The position numbers were made by a program, and so were the translations under genes. Positions 27,214-36,846 of a DNA stretch of 64,000 bases are shown in pieces. Positions within the stretch are counted from its first letter, which is position 1, and each line of letters opens with the position of its first letter. The notes beneath the pieces were generated by a model. That model made no database searches, was not told the origin of the DNA, and saw only the letters and a program-made list of their open reading frames with translations. Origin of the DNA: Candidatus Bruticola sp. (GTDB lineage: Bacteria > Vulcanimicrobiota > Xenobia > Xenobiales > Xenobiaceae); assembly GCA_051874735.1 (NCBI GenBank), contig JBJEGD010000026.1:166815-230814 (forward strand), written 5' to 3'.

Positions 27214-28941
27214 TTATTGCCAATCTGGGGTTATATTTACCCAAGAGGATGATTTAATTATATCTGCTGAAACGGCAGCAGTGCCACCTGTAATAGAATT
27301 GGGAACTAAAGTAGTACCATTCTCAGCAATAGAACCCTGAATTTGGAAGAGCATGGTTCCCGCTTCGCCAAGTTCTAAATTGGAGATTGTTTCCAGAGCA
27401 CCGCTGAGCTGTTGTATAGCCTCCTCTTTATCAGGCCGTTTGCCTTTTTCCAGTCGGCGCATCTCCGCTTGGAGCTGCTGTCGGGCCCCGTTTTTGTAAG
27501 TGTCAAACTTGTCGCTCAAACTTTGACACTGGCTCGATACCGAGGCTGTGCGTCTCCAGGTCTGGAAAATGCACTCCATCGATTTGGCATATTGTTTGCG
27601 GGCCGCTTCCACTTCAGATAACGCACAAAAAGCACTGCGGTGAACGAAAAGAGAATCTGGGCCGGAGTAAAGCAGAGCATCGCGACAAGCTTTTTCTCTC
27701 ATAGGAAGCTGATTCTCAGCATAAGCATTGTAAAGAAGAGCCATAGGACTACTAGAAGAGTTGAGCACCTGCAGATCTTCAGGGGTGACGCAGGCCAGAG
27801 CTTTTTTGCTGTCGCCGCGCTCAAAGTGAATTAAAGCCATGCACACTTTAGCTGAGGCTGCTTGAACTGGAGTAAAAGAAGCGGAAGAGGCAATAGCACT
27901 GTAAGCATTGAGAGCATCTGTCGTGCGTCCTGCTTCTTTAAGCAAACAGGCCATTTGATAGCAAGCTTTAAAATCGTTGGGATCTTGATTTATTTGATCT
28001 TTATAAGCGGCCAGGCCTTCGTCGACTTGATTGTCGCAAAGATAAAGCAGACGCAGAGCTACTGCTATGCGGTGATCGGACGGACGGAGATCTTGAGCTG
28101 TCATATACTCTTGTCGGGAGGCGGCAAAATCGCCCGTCAGTTTGTAAATATCACCTTTGTACAGATGAAGTACCGGATTGCGTCCGAAGAGCGATGACAA
28201 TTCTGTAAGTTGACTCATAGCTCGGCTAGCCTCACCTACAGAAGCGTTGGCAAAGGCGTCCCAAAGCTGTAAATATTTATTCTCTTTGCGTATAGCTAAA
28301 CCGTCGTCGAAGTATTTTTTAGCTAATGTATAATTGCCACTAATAAAAGAATTTATACCGTTAACTAGCTGCTGAGTTGCCGAAGTGGGATCGAGTTCTC
28401 TAGTTTTTTCCCAGCTTTCCATAGCAATGCGGGAATCTTCCGGATCGTTACTGAGACACCAGCGCTCGAAGTAGGCAGTACCCTTGGCAAAGTAGCACCC
28501 TGCCTGAGCCACGCGGAACTCCATGATATTCCATTTGGGCATAATTTCTACGCTGTGATTGGCTAAAGCAATGGCGTTGTCATTTTTGCCTTGGTTCAGG
28601 TGGTAAACTGCTTGCTGATTGATTCTAGCGTAAGCGGTGGCGGCATTATGATTTTTAGGAGCCAACTGCAACACGATTTCTAGACGCTGCAGGGCTTTAA
28701 TGTAGTGGCCCATGCGGTATAAAATCATGGCTTTGGCATATTGGGCATTTGCATCTTTAGGATTTTTGGCTAGGTGCTGATCAATAAGCGTATTGGCTTT
28801 TGTGTAATTTTTGGTGTTAAAGTACTTTAAAGCTTCTCCAACTAATTTGTCGTCAGCTTTGGCAGGTGAAAAACTGGTGACAGACAGACCGGCAGCAAGA
28901 GTGCAAACAAGTAAAAACTTAGATAAATTCACAGAAGCCAA
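27214..28941 (-). CDS. Exported tetratricopeptide-repeat protein
   Basis: Signal peptide ending PAKA|DD; TPR-like units (NPKDANAQYAKAMILYRMGHYIKAL; LHLYKGDIYKLTGDFAAS; DPNDFKACYQMACLLKEAG). Confidence 0.85.
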   Translation of the reverse strand: MASVNLSKFLLVCTLAAGLSVTSFSPAKADDKLVGEALKYFNTKNYTKANTLIDQHLAKNPKDANAQYAKAMILYRMGHYIKALQRLEIVLQLAPKNHNAATAYARINQQAVYHLNQGKNDNAIALANHSVEIMPKWNIMEFRVAQAGCYFAKGTAYFERWCLSNDPEDSRIAMESWEKTRELDPTSATQQLVNGINSFISGNYTLAKKYFDDGLAIRKENKYLQLWDAFANASVGEASRAMSQLTELSSLFGRNPVLHLYKGDIYKLTGDFAASRQEYMTAQDLRPSDHRIAVALRLLYLCDNQVDEGLAAYKDQINQDPNDFKACYQMACLLKEAGRTTDALNAYSAIASSASFTPVQAASAKVCMALIHFERGDSKKALACVTPEDLQVLNSSSSPMALLYNAYAENQLPMREKACRDALLYSGPDSLFVHRSAFCALSEVEAARKQYAKSMECIFQTWRRTASVSSQCQSLSDKFDTYKNGARQQLQAEMRRLEKGKRPDKEEAIQQLSGALETISNLELGEAGTMLFQIQGSIAENGTTLVPNSITGGTAAVSADIIKSSSWVNITPDWQ

Positions 28942-29067
28942 CCCTCTCTATGATTATAAAAAGATCTACTAAACTCGGTTCACGTTCGCTTTTTTTAGCT
29001 TTTTTACCTGCGAACAAGGTTAATAATGGCTTTTAGTAATAACGAATACTGCTGATAAATGTGGCGT

Positions 29068-30399
29068 TTAGGCGTCTTTGGGAGCAGCCGTTGTATTGGC
29101 TTCGCTATTCTGTTGTTTTTGTATTTGCTGTAGCATTTTTGTCTCCAAAGCTGGATTGCAGTAATGAATAACTAAGATCTTGACAGCTGCTATAATAGGA
29201 GAAGAGAGAACTATTCCCCAAAATCCAAAAACGTTGCCGAACACCATCATACCAATCATAAGGCTTAGAGGATGCAATCCTAGACTGTCTCCCATAATTT
29301 TGGGCACTAGCAAGTTGTTCTCAGCTTGCTGAATGAGAATATATATGGCTGCTACTATCACGGCTAAAGTTACACCGCCTGTGTTAGGTAGTGCTAGAGC
29401 TAAAAAAATAGCTGGAAGTGCACCTAAAATAGGGCCAATAATGGGAATAGCTTCTGTTATTCCTGCTATTATTCCCAAAGCTATACAATATTTAGGCATA
29501 ACCAGCGACATGAGTAAAGTAGTCAGACTGCCTACAGCGAAACAAAGCAGAACTTGGCCTTTTATGAAGCTTTTCATAGCTGTATGCATCTGAATTAAGA
29601 TATTCTTAGTAGCTTGGCGATTTTTGGGAGGCAGTAGCTCTATCCAAAAATCTGTCAGCTCCTGACCTTCGCTCATTATGTAAAAAGAGATAAAGGGCAC
29701 CATAACAGCGGCTGTAGCTACCCAAATTATGGCTGACGAAAAAGCTCCCGCGTATTGAATACCGCTGTTGATTAAATCACTGGCTACGCTGCCAATTTGA
29801 TTAATCAGCCCCATAATTTGGTTCTGTAAATTGACAGGCAAGGCTTCTAAATGGTGATGTCTGAATTCTATAAGAATAGCAATCGATTTTTTAGTTATAG
29901 TTGGAAAACTTTCAGCTAGGTTTTTTATCTCGCTAAAAAGTGAAGGAGTTATTACGGCTAAGAAACTCATTAAAGCCGTAAGCAGTATAATATAAGTTAC
30001 AATCAGAGATTTTGTATAAGAAAAGAGCTTGGCTCCTGGTAATTTCCTTATTTGAGCCATTAAAAATTCTACCAGAGGGTTAACAACATAAATAAAAATC
30101 AGCACTAGCAAGAGTAATGGAGTTATACTCAGAGCTTCTTCAACCGCTTGTTTAGTCCAAGGATGGAAGCAAGCTATGACCAGACTGAGAATTAAAAGCA
30201 TGTTGCCCAAGGAATTTACGCCTTTTACCAAGCGCCGAGCTGTCTGTTCACTGATGAGTAGGGCAGACGTCTCCTTGGTTTCGTTTTTTTTAGGAATATT
30301 GGCCTCTGTTGTTGAGATATCCGTAACTGTTTGAGTTTCGGAAGAGCTCTCTGAAGTTTGAACTGGCAGCTGGCTCGGGACAGGATCTTGAATACTCAA
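29068..30399 (-). CDS. AI-2E family transporter
   Basis: FIKGQVLL, IPIIGPILG, QQAENNLLVPKIMGDSLGLHP, FGFWGIVLSSP. Confidence 0.93.
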   Translation of the reverse strand: MSIQDPVPSQLPVQTSESSSETQTVTDISTTEANIPKKNETKETSALLISEQTARRLVKGVNSLGNMLLILSLVIACFHPWTKQAVEEALSITPLLLLVLIFIYVVNPLVEFLMAQIRKLPGAKLFSYTKSLIVTYIILLTALMSFLAVITPSLFSEIKNLAESFPTITKKSIAILIEFRHHHLEALPVNLQNQIMGLINQIGSVASDLINSGIQYAGAFSSAIIWVATAAVMVPFISFYIMSEGQELTDFWIELLPPKNRQATKNILIQMHTAMKSFIKGQVLLCFAVGSLTTLLMSLVMPKYCIALGIIAGITEAIPIIGPILGALPAIFLALALPNTGGVTLAVIVAAIYILIQQAENNLLVPKIMGDSLGLHPLSLMIGMMVFGNVFGFWGIVLSSPIIAAVKILVIHYCNPALETKMLQQIQKQQNSEANTTAAPKDA

Positions 30400-30428
30400 A
30401 GTGTAGTAAGGCTTCCTTTTCTAAAAAA

Positions 30429-32396
30429 TTACGACATATAGGTATAACGAGCCAAGCTGCTTTCGAAATTATTGAGCAGCTTTTGAGACATCTCTAAAGT
30501 TAAAGCATTGTTGCTTAAAGCTTCTTCGCACTGCTGGCGCATGCGTTCCAAAAGATCGTCTGGATTGTATTGGAAGTAAGACAGTACTTTGCTCATGGTA
30601 TCGCCCCTCACTATGTGTTCTAGTTTATAGCCTGAAGGAGTCAGCTTAACTTGAACAGCGTTGGTATCGCCGAAAAGGTTGTGCAGGTTGCCCATAGTTT
30701 CCTGATAAGCTCCAACTAAGAACATACCTAAGTAATAAGGCTCATGGCTAAGACGTTCGGCCGCTTGTCCATCTTCTTCCGTACCATACATATTTACTTC
30801 TTGGCCGAAGCGTAAAGAATGGACGTCGAGCAGGGGACTAACGTCTTCTTTTATATCGATAAATTTATCAATTTTTCCATCTGAATCGCAGGTAAGATCA
30901 GCTAAGGTAACTTTTTCATCTGGAGCAGTATCGAGACGGTGAATGGGGAGTATGGGGAAAAGCTGATCTAGCGCCCAAGAATCGGGGGCAGATTGGAAGA
31001 CGGATAAATTTACGTAGTAAGTAGTTGAGAGTAATTTTTCCAAGGTGAAGAAGTCATCACTGGCGTTTCCAGATGAAGCGCGCAGAACTTCGTAGATGCG
31101 TCGGCAAGACTGCCAATAAAGTTTTTCTGCCAGAGTGCGCTGACGCAGAGAAAGTATGCCTAGTTGGAAAGCACTCATGGCTTCATCTTTGAATTGTACC
31201 GCATCATGGAAAGATTCTTGAGCATTTTCTAAGGTTATTCCTTCATAAATTTCTCTCAAAGTTTTTATAATATAATCTTCTTCACCATCAGGCGCAGGAA
31301 TTTTAAAATTGCCCACTTTGCTCTGGCCGACTACATCAAAAACTAAAACTGATTGGTGAGAAGCCAAAGCTCGGCCGCTCTCGCTGATAATAGTGGGCGG
31401 TTGAATAGAAGCTAAGCGGCAGGCATCATTGATTTCTGCAACTACGTCGTTGGCATAACTTTGCATATTGTAGTTTTTGGAGGCATAGAAATCGCTTTTA
31501 GAGCCGTCATAGTCAACCGCGAGTCCGCCGCCGACGTCGAGGTAACCCATAGGCGCCCCTAATTTCACTAGTTCGGCATATATGCGCCCAGCTTCGCGTA
31601 AAGCCCCCTTGATAACACTAATGGCAGAAATTTGCGAACCTATGTGGAAATGGAGCAGTTTTAAAGTATCCAGCATATTATGGCTGATTAAGATTTGTAC
31701 TGCTTGATAAATTTCATAGGCGGACATACCGAACTTGGCTCTTTCGCCTACACTATTGCCCCAATGGCCTTGGCTTTTGCGGTTCAGCTTAACCCGAAAT
31801 CCGAAAGAGGCGGGCAGGTTGAGCGCTTTGGCTGTACGTACAGCTAAGCAAACTTCATCGAGTTGCTCTAATATGATAATAACTTTTTTGCCTAATTTTG
31901 AAGCTAAGATTGCTGTTTCCAGATATTCACTATCTTTATATCCGTTGCAAGTGATCAGGCATTCTTTTGAATCCATAGCCGAGAGAGCTATAAGTAGCTC
32001 TGGTTTAGAACCTGCTTCTAAACCGAATTTGTGCGGCTGTCCGCATTTGACCAATTCTTCAATAATGTGACGCTGTTGATTGACTTTGACGGGAAAAACT
32101 CCGCGATAAACACCTGCATAATTATATTTGGCTATGGCTCTGGAGAAGGCCGAACTCAAGCGTTCAATTCGATCTTGTAGAATGTCAGGAAAACGCAATA
32201 AGATGGGCAGGCCTAGTCCGCGTCCTTTTAGAGCTTCAATTAAACTGTACAGATCGATAGAACCGCCGCGTTCACCTTGAGGAGAAACGACTAGATGGCC
32301 GGTTGAATTTATCGAAAAATACGGAGCTCCCCAACGCTTTATAGAATAGAGTTCGTCACTTTTATCTATGTTCCAATCAGCAGAATACATATGCAA
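30429..32396 (-). CDS. speA: Biosynthetic arginine decarboxylase
   Basis: FPVKVNQ (PLP Lys), GLEAGSKPEL, HFHIGSQI, DVGGGLAVDYDG, SESGRA, DLTCDSDG, GAYQETMGNLHNLFG. Confidence 0.97.
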   Translation of the reverse strand: MHMYSADWNIDKSDELYSIKRWGAPYFSINSTGHLVVSPQGERGGSIDLYSLIEALKGRGLGLPILLRFPDILQDRIERLSSAFSRAIAKYNYAGVYRGVFPVKVNQQRHIIEELVKCGQPHKFGLEAGSKPELLIALSAMDSKECLITCNGYKDSEYLETAILASKLGKKVIIILEQLDEVCLAVRTAKALNLPASFGFRVKLNRKSQGHWGNSVGERAKFGMSAYEIYQAVQILISHNMLDTLKLLHFHIGSQISAISVIKGALREAGRIYAELVKLGAPMGYLDVGGGLAVDYDGSKSDFYASKNYNMQSYANDVVAEINDACRLASIQPPTIISESGRALASHQSVLVFDVVGQSKVGNFKIPAPDGEEDYIIKTLREIYEGITLENAQESFHDAVQFKDEAMSAFQLGILSLRQRTLAEKLYWQSCRRIYEVLRASSGNASDDFFTLEKLLSTTYYVNLSVFQSAPDSWALDQLFPILPIHRLDTAPDEKVTLADLTCDSDGKIDKFIDIKEDVSPLLDVHSLRFGQEVNMYGTEEDGQAAERLSHEPYYLGMFLVGAYQETMGNLHNLFGDTNAVQVKLTPSGYKLEHIVRGDTMSKVLSYFQYNPDDLLERMRQQCEEALSNNALTLEMSQKLLNNFESSLARYTYMS

Positions 32397-32517
32397 GTTC
32401 CTTGATACATTGTGAAAGTTAAAGTAAAAAAACGCAGACTGTGCTTTTACCAGCTACAAGCAAAGCACAGCCTTACTTTTTAGATGATAATTATCTATTT
32501 TACTTAGAGCAATTGCT

Positions 32518-33378
32518 TCAGCGTTTGTAAGTAGAGTGATCGATGCGTTCTCCTTCTTGAATCCAATAAGGAGAACGACGCAGTGCATCTGAATATTTTG
32601 AAGCTGCTTCTAAAAGCTTGGGGTGAATTTTGCCGTTGGAAGCCATCAAGTCGCGGAAGAGCATATTGTGTGGTTCACCTAAGAAGTCACTCATAGTTCC
32701 GCCTGCTTCACGGACAATTAAAGAACCAGCAGCAATATCCCAGGGAGAAAGGCCTAGCTCCCAATAACCGTCAAAGCGTCCGCAAGCAATGTAGCATAAG
32801 TCTAGAGCAGCGGAACCGTCGCGGCGTACCCCTCTAGCTTTTATAATTAGGTCATGAAACATGCCTAAATGAATGTCTGGAGAGCTGCTTATGTCGTAAG
32901 GAAAGCCTGTTACTAATAAAGCATCTTCCAAAGAGCTGTTGTCGCTGACGTGAATAGGTTGCCCATTTAAAAAGGCTCCTCCTCCCAACGAAGCATAGAA
33001 AGCTTCATCATGACAGGGATCGTAAACTACGCCTACTACTACCCGACCTTCAAGCTCAAAAGCGATCGAAATGGCGAAAAAGGGGTAACCCGAAGCAAAA
33101 TTGGTGGTGCCATCTAATGGATCGACAATCCAGCGGCAGGTTGCGTTGCTGCCGGTAATTTCTCCCTGCTCTTCCCCTAAAATACTGTGGCTGGGAAAAG
33201 TATCTTTTATAAGTGAAAAAATCAGCTGCTCGCTGGCTTTATCAACTTCAGTAACTAAATCTATACGACCTTTTTTATCAATTTGGTGAGAGCTGCCGAT
33301 AGATTTGCGGATCAGTTCTCCCGATTGACGGGCTGCTTTCAGAGCTAAATCGAGATAAGGCTGATAATTAGTGTTCAT
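32518..33378 (-). CDS. suhB: Inositol monophosphatase family protein
   Basis: DLVTEVD, GEE, WIVDPLDGTTNF, GSAALDL, WDIAAGSLIVREAGG. Confidence 0.93.
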   Translation of the reverse strand: MNTNYQPYLDLALKAARQSGELIRKSIGSSHQIDKKGRIDLVTEVDKASEQLIFSLIKDTFPSHSILGEEQGEITGSNATCRWIVDPLDGTTNFASGYPFFAISIAFELEGRVVVGVVYDPCHDEAFYASLGGGAFLNGQPIHVSDNSSLEDALLVTGFPYDISSSPDIHLGMFHDLIIKARGVRRDGSAALDLCYIACGRFDGYWELGLSPWDIAAGSLIVREAGGTMSDFLGEPHNMLFRDLMASNGKIHPKLLEAASKYSDALRRSPYWIQEGERIDHSTYKR

Positions 33379-33411
33379 AATTTCCTGCTATAATTTTTAT
33401 TGACACAATGA

Positions 33412-33451
33412 AGGGCGCTCTTCAAAGATTTAACTCTTTTAAGAGCGCCCT
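33412..33451 (-). terminator. Hairpin downstream of subtilase gene, probable terminator
   Basis: AGGGCGCTCTT ... AAGAGCGCCCT 11-bp inverted repeat; weak U-tract. Confidence 0.6.
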
Positions 33452-33520
33452 ATTGAACTTATAGGTACTGAGTATGAAGCGTTGAAATCGGAATGATCCG
33501 ACTCAGTTGGGATCAACTAC

Positions 33521-34972
33521 TTACTTTACTTCCTGTCCTTGATAATCGTATTTCATGGCGCCTTCGATATTGAGACGCGCTCCGCTGCCAACTTTTCCTT
33601 GAAGACTTTCCAGTTGATCCCCTCCCTTAGTGAGGCGGGTCATCAGCTCGTCGTTGCTCATGTTGGGATCCATAGCTAGAAGCAGACCGGCCGCGCCGGT
33701 AACATGGGGAGTGGCCATAGAAGTGCCGCTGTATACCGCATAACCTCCGCCAGGAACGGTAGATAGGATGTCTTTACCGGGAGCGGCAATATCAACATTC
33801 TTTTCTCCGTAACAAGAGAAACCGGCCAGTTGATCGTTGCGGTCTGTAGCTGCTACAGCCAAATTATTCGGCAGATTGTAGTCAGAAGGATAGTGAGGAT
33901 GAATGTCATTATTCGTGCCGCTGTTGCCGGCAGACATCATGTGCAGGGCTTCAGAAGAGTTGCGGAAAGCCTCTTCGATAGCAGGGTTAGCCGGGCCGCC
34001 TCCCCAAGAATTGGAGGTCAAGCGAGCACCCACAGAATTGGCGTAGTTAATACCGCGGATAATTGAAGCTGCATCAGCGCCGCCGTCGTCACTGAATATT
34101 TTAACGGGCAGTATTGAAGCTGACCAGTTGATGCCACTGATACCCTCGCCATTGTTGCCTACAGCACCAATCGTACCGGCTACGTGAGAACCGTGACCTT
34201 GGCGATCCATGACGTCGCCATTTTGCAGGCAGGCGTTCCACCCGTGATAGTCGTCGATAAAGCCATTGCCGTCGTCGTCAATACCGTTTCCGGGAATTTC
34301 CCCCGTGTTGGTATAAATATTGGCGGCTAGATCTGGGTGAGTAATATCGACTCCGGTATCAATAACTGCAATTAGCGGACCTTGGCCGTTGGGCATACCG
34401 GTAGTAATCTGCCAGGCTTCAGGAGCGTGAATATCGGCGCGAGCTGTACCATTTTTACTACCATCGTTATACATATCCCACTGTTGTTCGAATTTGGCAT
34501 CGTTGGGGACCTTGCCTTCAGCCAGCTGCTCTCTAGTGAATTCCTGACCTTTAACTACATCTTCAGCGTGATAAATAGTGTTAGGAACAGCAAATTCGAT
34601 GTTGGGATCTTGCTGCATTTGGGCTAAAGCTTCTTCTGTGGTCATGCCTTCCGGAAGCTGGAGTTGCATCATTTCGCCCATATCGGCAGCTTTAACGCGT
34701 CCGGGGATTTGGAAATTGTCTAAAACTTTAGCGCCGTATTTCTCGGCGACATTCTCTGTGTTGGCGCTGGCCAACAAGGAGCCTTTAGTTTTAATTATAA
34801 CTTGGCCGGGAACAAATTCTCCTAAGGAACTTTTTTCGGAGCCTAAGCTGACAGAATCGGAGCCTACTTGCGGATTGGTATTCTCAGATTTAGCTTCAGG
34901 CTGACCGGCAACCTGAGGAGTGTAAGTGCTCTGCATCTGGTTGATGCTGTTGGAGCCAATATTAGAGATCAT
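33521..34972 (-). CDS. Subtilisin-like serine protease (S8) with prodomain, no Sec signal
   Basis: Triad IAVIDTG / HGSHVAG / GTSMATP; oxyanion SAGN; prodomain FVPGQVIIK...FAVPN; GAGGAGG RBS. Confidence 0.95.
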   Translation of the reverse strand: MISNIGSNSINQMQSTYTPQVAGQPEAKSENTNPQVGSDSVSLGSEKSSLGEFVPGQVIIKTKGSLLASANTENVAEKYGAKVLDNFQIPGRVKAADMGEMMQLQLPEGMTTEEALAQMQQDPNIEFAVPNTIYHAEDVVKGQEFTREQLAEGKVPNDAKFEQQWDMYNDGSKNGTARADIHAPEAWQITTGMPNGQGPLIAVIDTGVDITHPDLAANIYTNTGEIPGNGIDDDGNGFIDDYHGWNACLQNGDVMDRQGHGSHVAGTIGAVGNNGEGISGINWSASILPVKIFSDDGGADAASIIRGINYANSVGARLTSNSWGGGPANPAIEEAFRNSSEALHMMSAGNSGTNNDIHPHYPSDYNLPNNLAVAATDRNDQLAGFSCYGEKNVDIAAPGKDILSTVPGGGYAVYSGTSMATPHVTGAAGLLLAMDPNMSNDELMTRLTKGGDQLESLQGKVGSGARLNIEGAMKYDYQGQEVK

Positions 34973-35142
34973 GCTGCCTCCTCAATAATTTTTTTCTGTG
35001 CACATTCGACTTTTAGCCTTTTTTATTCTCTTGAAGCTCGTTTGTGCCTTCCTGCTCAGTAAAGGCCTCAAGATAAAAAAGTCGCATATCTTGCTGTTTG
35101 ATGGCTATAGTCAGCAAATAATTATGTTGTTTACAGACAACC

Positions 35143-36642
35143 TTACTGCTGAGCGATATGATACTCGTATTCCATGGCTTTATTGACATTCAGGCGGCCG
35201 CCGGAAGAAACTACGTTTTGTAGTCCGTCAATCTTATCAGAACCTTCTAGAAGTCGAGTTTTGAGCTCATCGTTGCTCATGGTGGGATCCATAGCCAAAA
35301 GTAATCCGGCCGCACCGCTTACATGAGGAGTTGCCATAGAAGTTCCGCTCTTAGAGGCGTAACCTCCGCCTGGAACTGTGGAGTAAATGTCCTTGCCTGG
35401 AGCTGCTATATGGACTGATTCTTTGCCATAGCAGGAGAATTTGGCTAATTTATCGTTGCGATCGGTAGCTGCTACTGTAATTGAGTTATGTAAAGGATAA
35501 CTGCCTGGATAGTGCGGCACTTGATCGTTATTGTCAGCAGAGTTGCCCGCTGCCATAATGTGCAAGGCCTTAGAGTGGGCGAAGGCGTCGCGTATGGCCA
35601 AGTTGGCCTCTCCACCTCCCCAGGAGTTGGAAGTTATGCGAGCACCGTTGTTGGAAGCGTAATTAATGCCGCGTATAATGGCAGCTGCATTAGTGCGTCC
35701 GTTGTCGTCAAAAATTTTAACGGGCATAACAGTTGCCTGCCAATTGACGCCGACAACTCCTTGACCGTTATTACCTTCTGCCGCAATGGTGCCGGCGCAG
35801 TGGGTGCCGTGAGAGTGGACATCCATGGGATCGCCGTTGTCGCTAAAGGCGTTGTAGCCGTGGACGTCGTCAACTACACCGTTGCCGTCGTCGTCTATGC
35901 CGTTGCCGGGGATTTCGCCGGGATTAGTCCAAATATTATTAACTAAATCGGGATGGTTATAATCGACGCCGGTATCGATTACTGCAATAATTGGTCCTTG
36001 TCCGTTGGGAAGGCCAGTAGTTTTCTGCCAAGCTTGTGTCGCTCCGATATCGACGCCGGGAGTGCCGCCGTCCTGACCGTCGTTCTTTAACCCCCAAAGT
36101 TTTGAGTCAAGATCGTTAGGGACTTTACCTTCAGAGGTGGAGAGTTTAGCGCTAGTTGTTCCAGCTTCGGACGGTACCTCATCTTCTAAGGTATATATAG
36201 AGTTGGGGACGGCATATTCAATCTCAGGGTCTTCCTGCATAACGGCTAAGGCTTGAGCTGTAGTCATGCCTTCTGGTAGTTGCATATGGAGCATCTCACC
36301 CTGCATACCCTTGAAGATGCTGGCTTTGTTATTAAACTTTTCTAGAACAACTGCACCGTATTTTTGGGCTATGTTGCTGGTACTCTGCATGAGAGTACCT
36401 TTTGTTTTGACAATAACTTGACCGGGTACGTGGGGCTCGAGATCCTGTTCTAATTGGGCCGCTTTAGTACTGGAAGCAGCTAAAGCTTTTTCCAGTTTAG
36501 TTTGAGGGCGAATGTCTACCTGATCGGCCTGTGAAGCCTGACAGTAAACGGTTTCCTCTTGGGGGGGCTGCGCTTTGGCTATAGTAGCAGTGCTGCCCGG
36601 CTGCAGATTGGATATGTAAGCAGAGCCAATACTGTTGATCAT
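35143..36642 (-). CDS. Subtilisin-like serine protease (S8), tandem paralogue, no Sec signal
   Basis: IAVIDTG / HGTHCAG / GTSMATP; AAGN; start set at MINSIGS (GGAGG RBS), matching the paralogue's MISNIGS. Confidence 0.95.
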   Translation of the reverse strand: MINSIGSAYISNLQPGSTATIAKAQPPQEETVYCQASQADQVDIRPQTKLEKALAASSTKAAQLEQDLEPHVPGQVIVKTKGTLMQSTSNIAQKYGAVVLEKFNNKASIFKGMQGEMLHMQLPEGMTTAQALAVMQEDPEIEYAVPNSIYTLEDEVPSEAGTTSAKLSTSEGKVPNDLDSKLWGLKNDGQDGGTPGVDIGATQAWQKTTGLPNGQGPIIAVIDTGVDYNHPDLVNNIWTNPGEIPGNGIDDDGNGVVDDVHGYNAFSDNGDPMDVHSHGTHCAGTIAAEGNNGQGVVGVNWQATVMPVKIFDDNGRTNAAAIIRGINYASNNGARITSNSWGGGEANLAIRDAFAHSKALHIMAAGNSADNNDQVPHYPGSYPLHNSITVAATDRNDKLAKFSCYGKESVHIAAPGKDIYSTVPGGGYASKSGTSMATPHVSGAAGLLLAMDPTMSNDELKTRLLEGSDKIDGLQNVVSSGGRLNVNKAMEYEYHIAQQ

Positions 36643-36767
36643 GGAACCTCCGTTGATACTGCAAATAGACTTTGCAGTGAACAAACAATTCTACATTCTT
36701 TAGTGTAGGCTAAAATCGTTTTCTACGTGTAATCATGAAGTTAACGTTTCGCCGTTATAGTTGGCGG

Positions 36768-36810
36768 AAAAAAAAACAGCTTCGCTTTTCTGCAAGAGAC
36801 TGAGCGAAGC
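36768..36810 (-). terminator. Terminator after add
   Basis: GCTTCGCT ... AGCGAAGC stem followed on the minus strand by TGTTTTTTTTT. Confidence 0.7.
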
Positions 36811-36846
36811 CGTCAGAAAATAAGATGTTAAGTAAGCAACCGGAAG

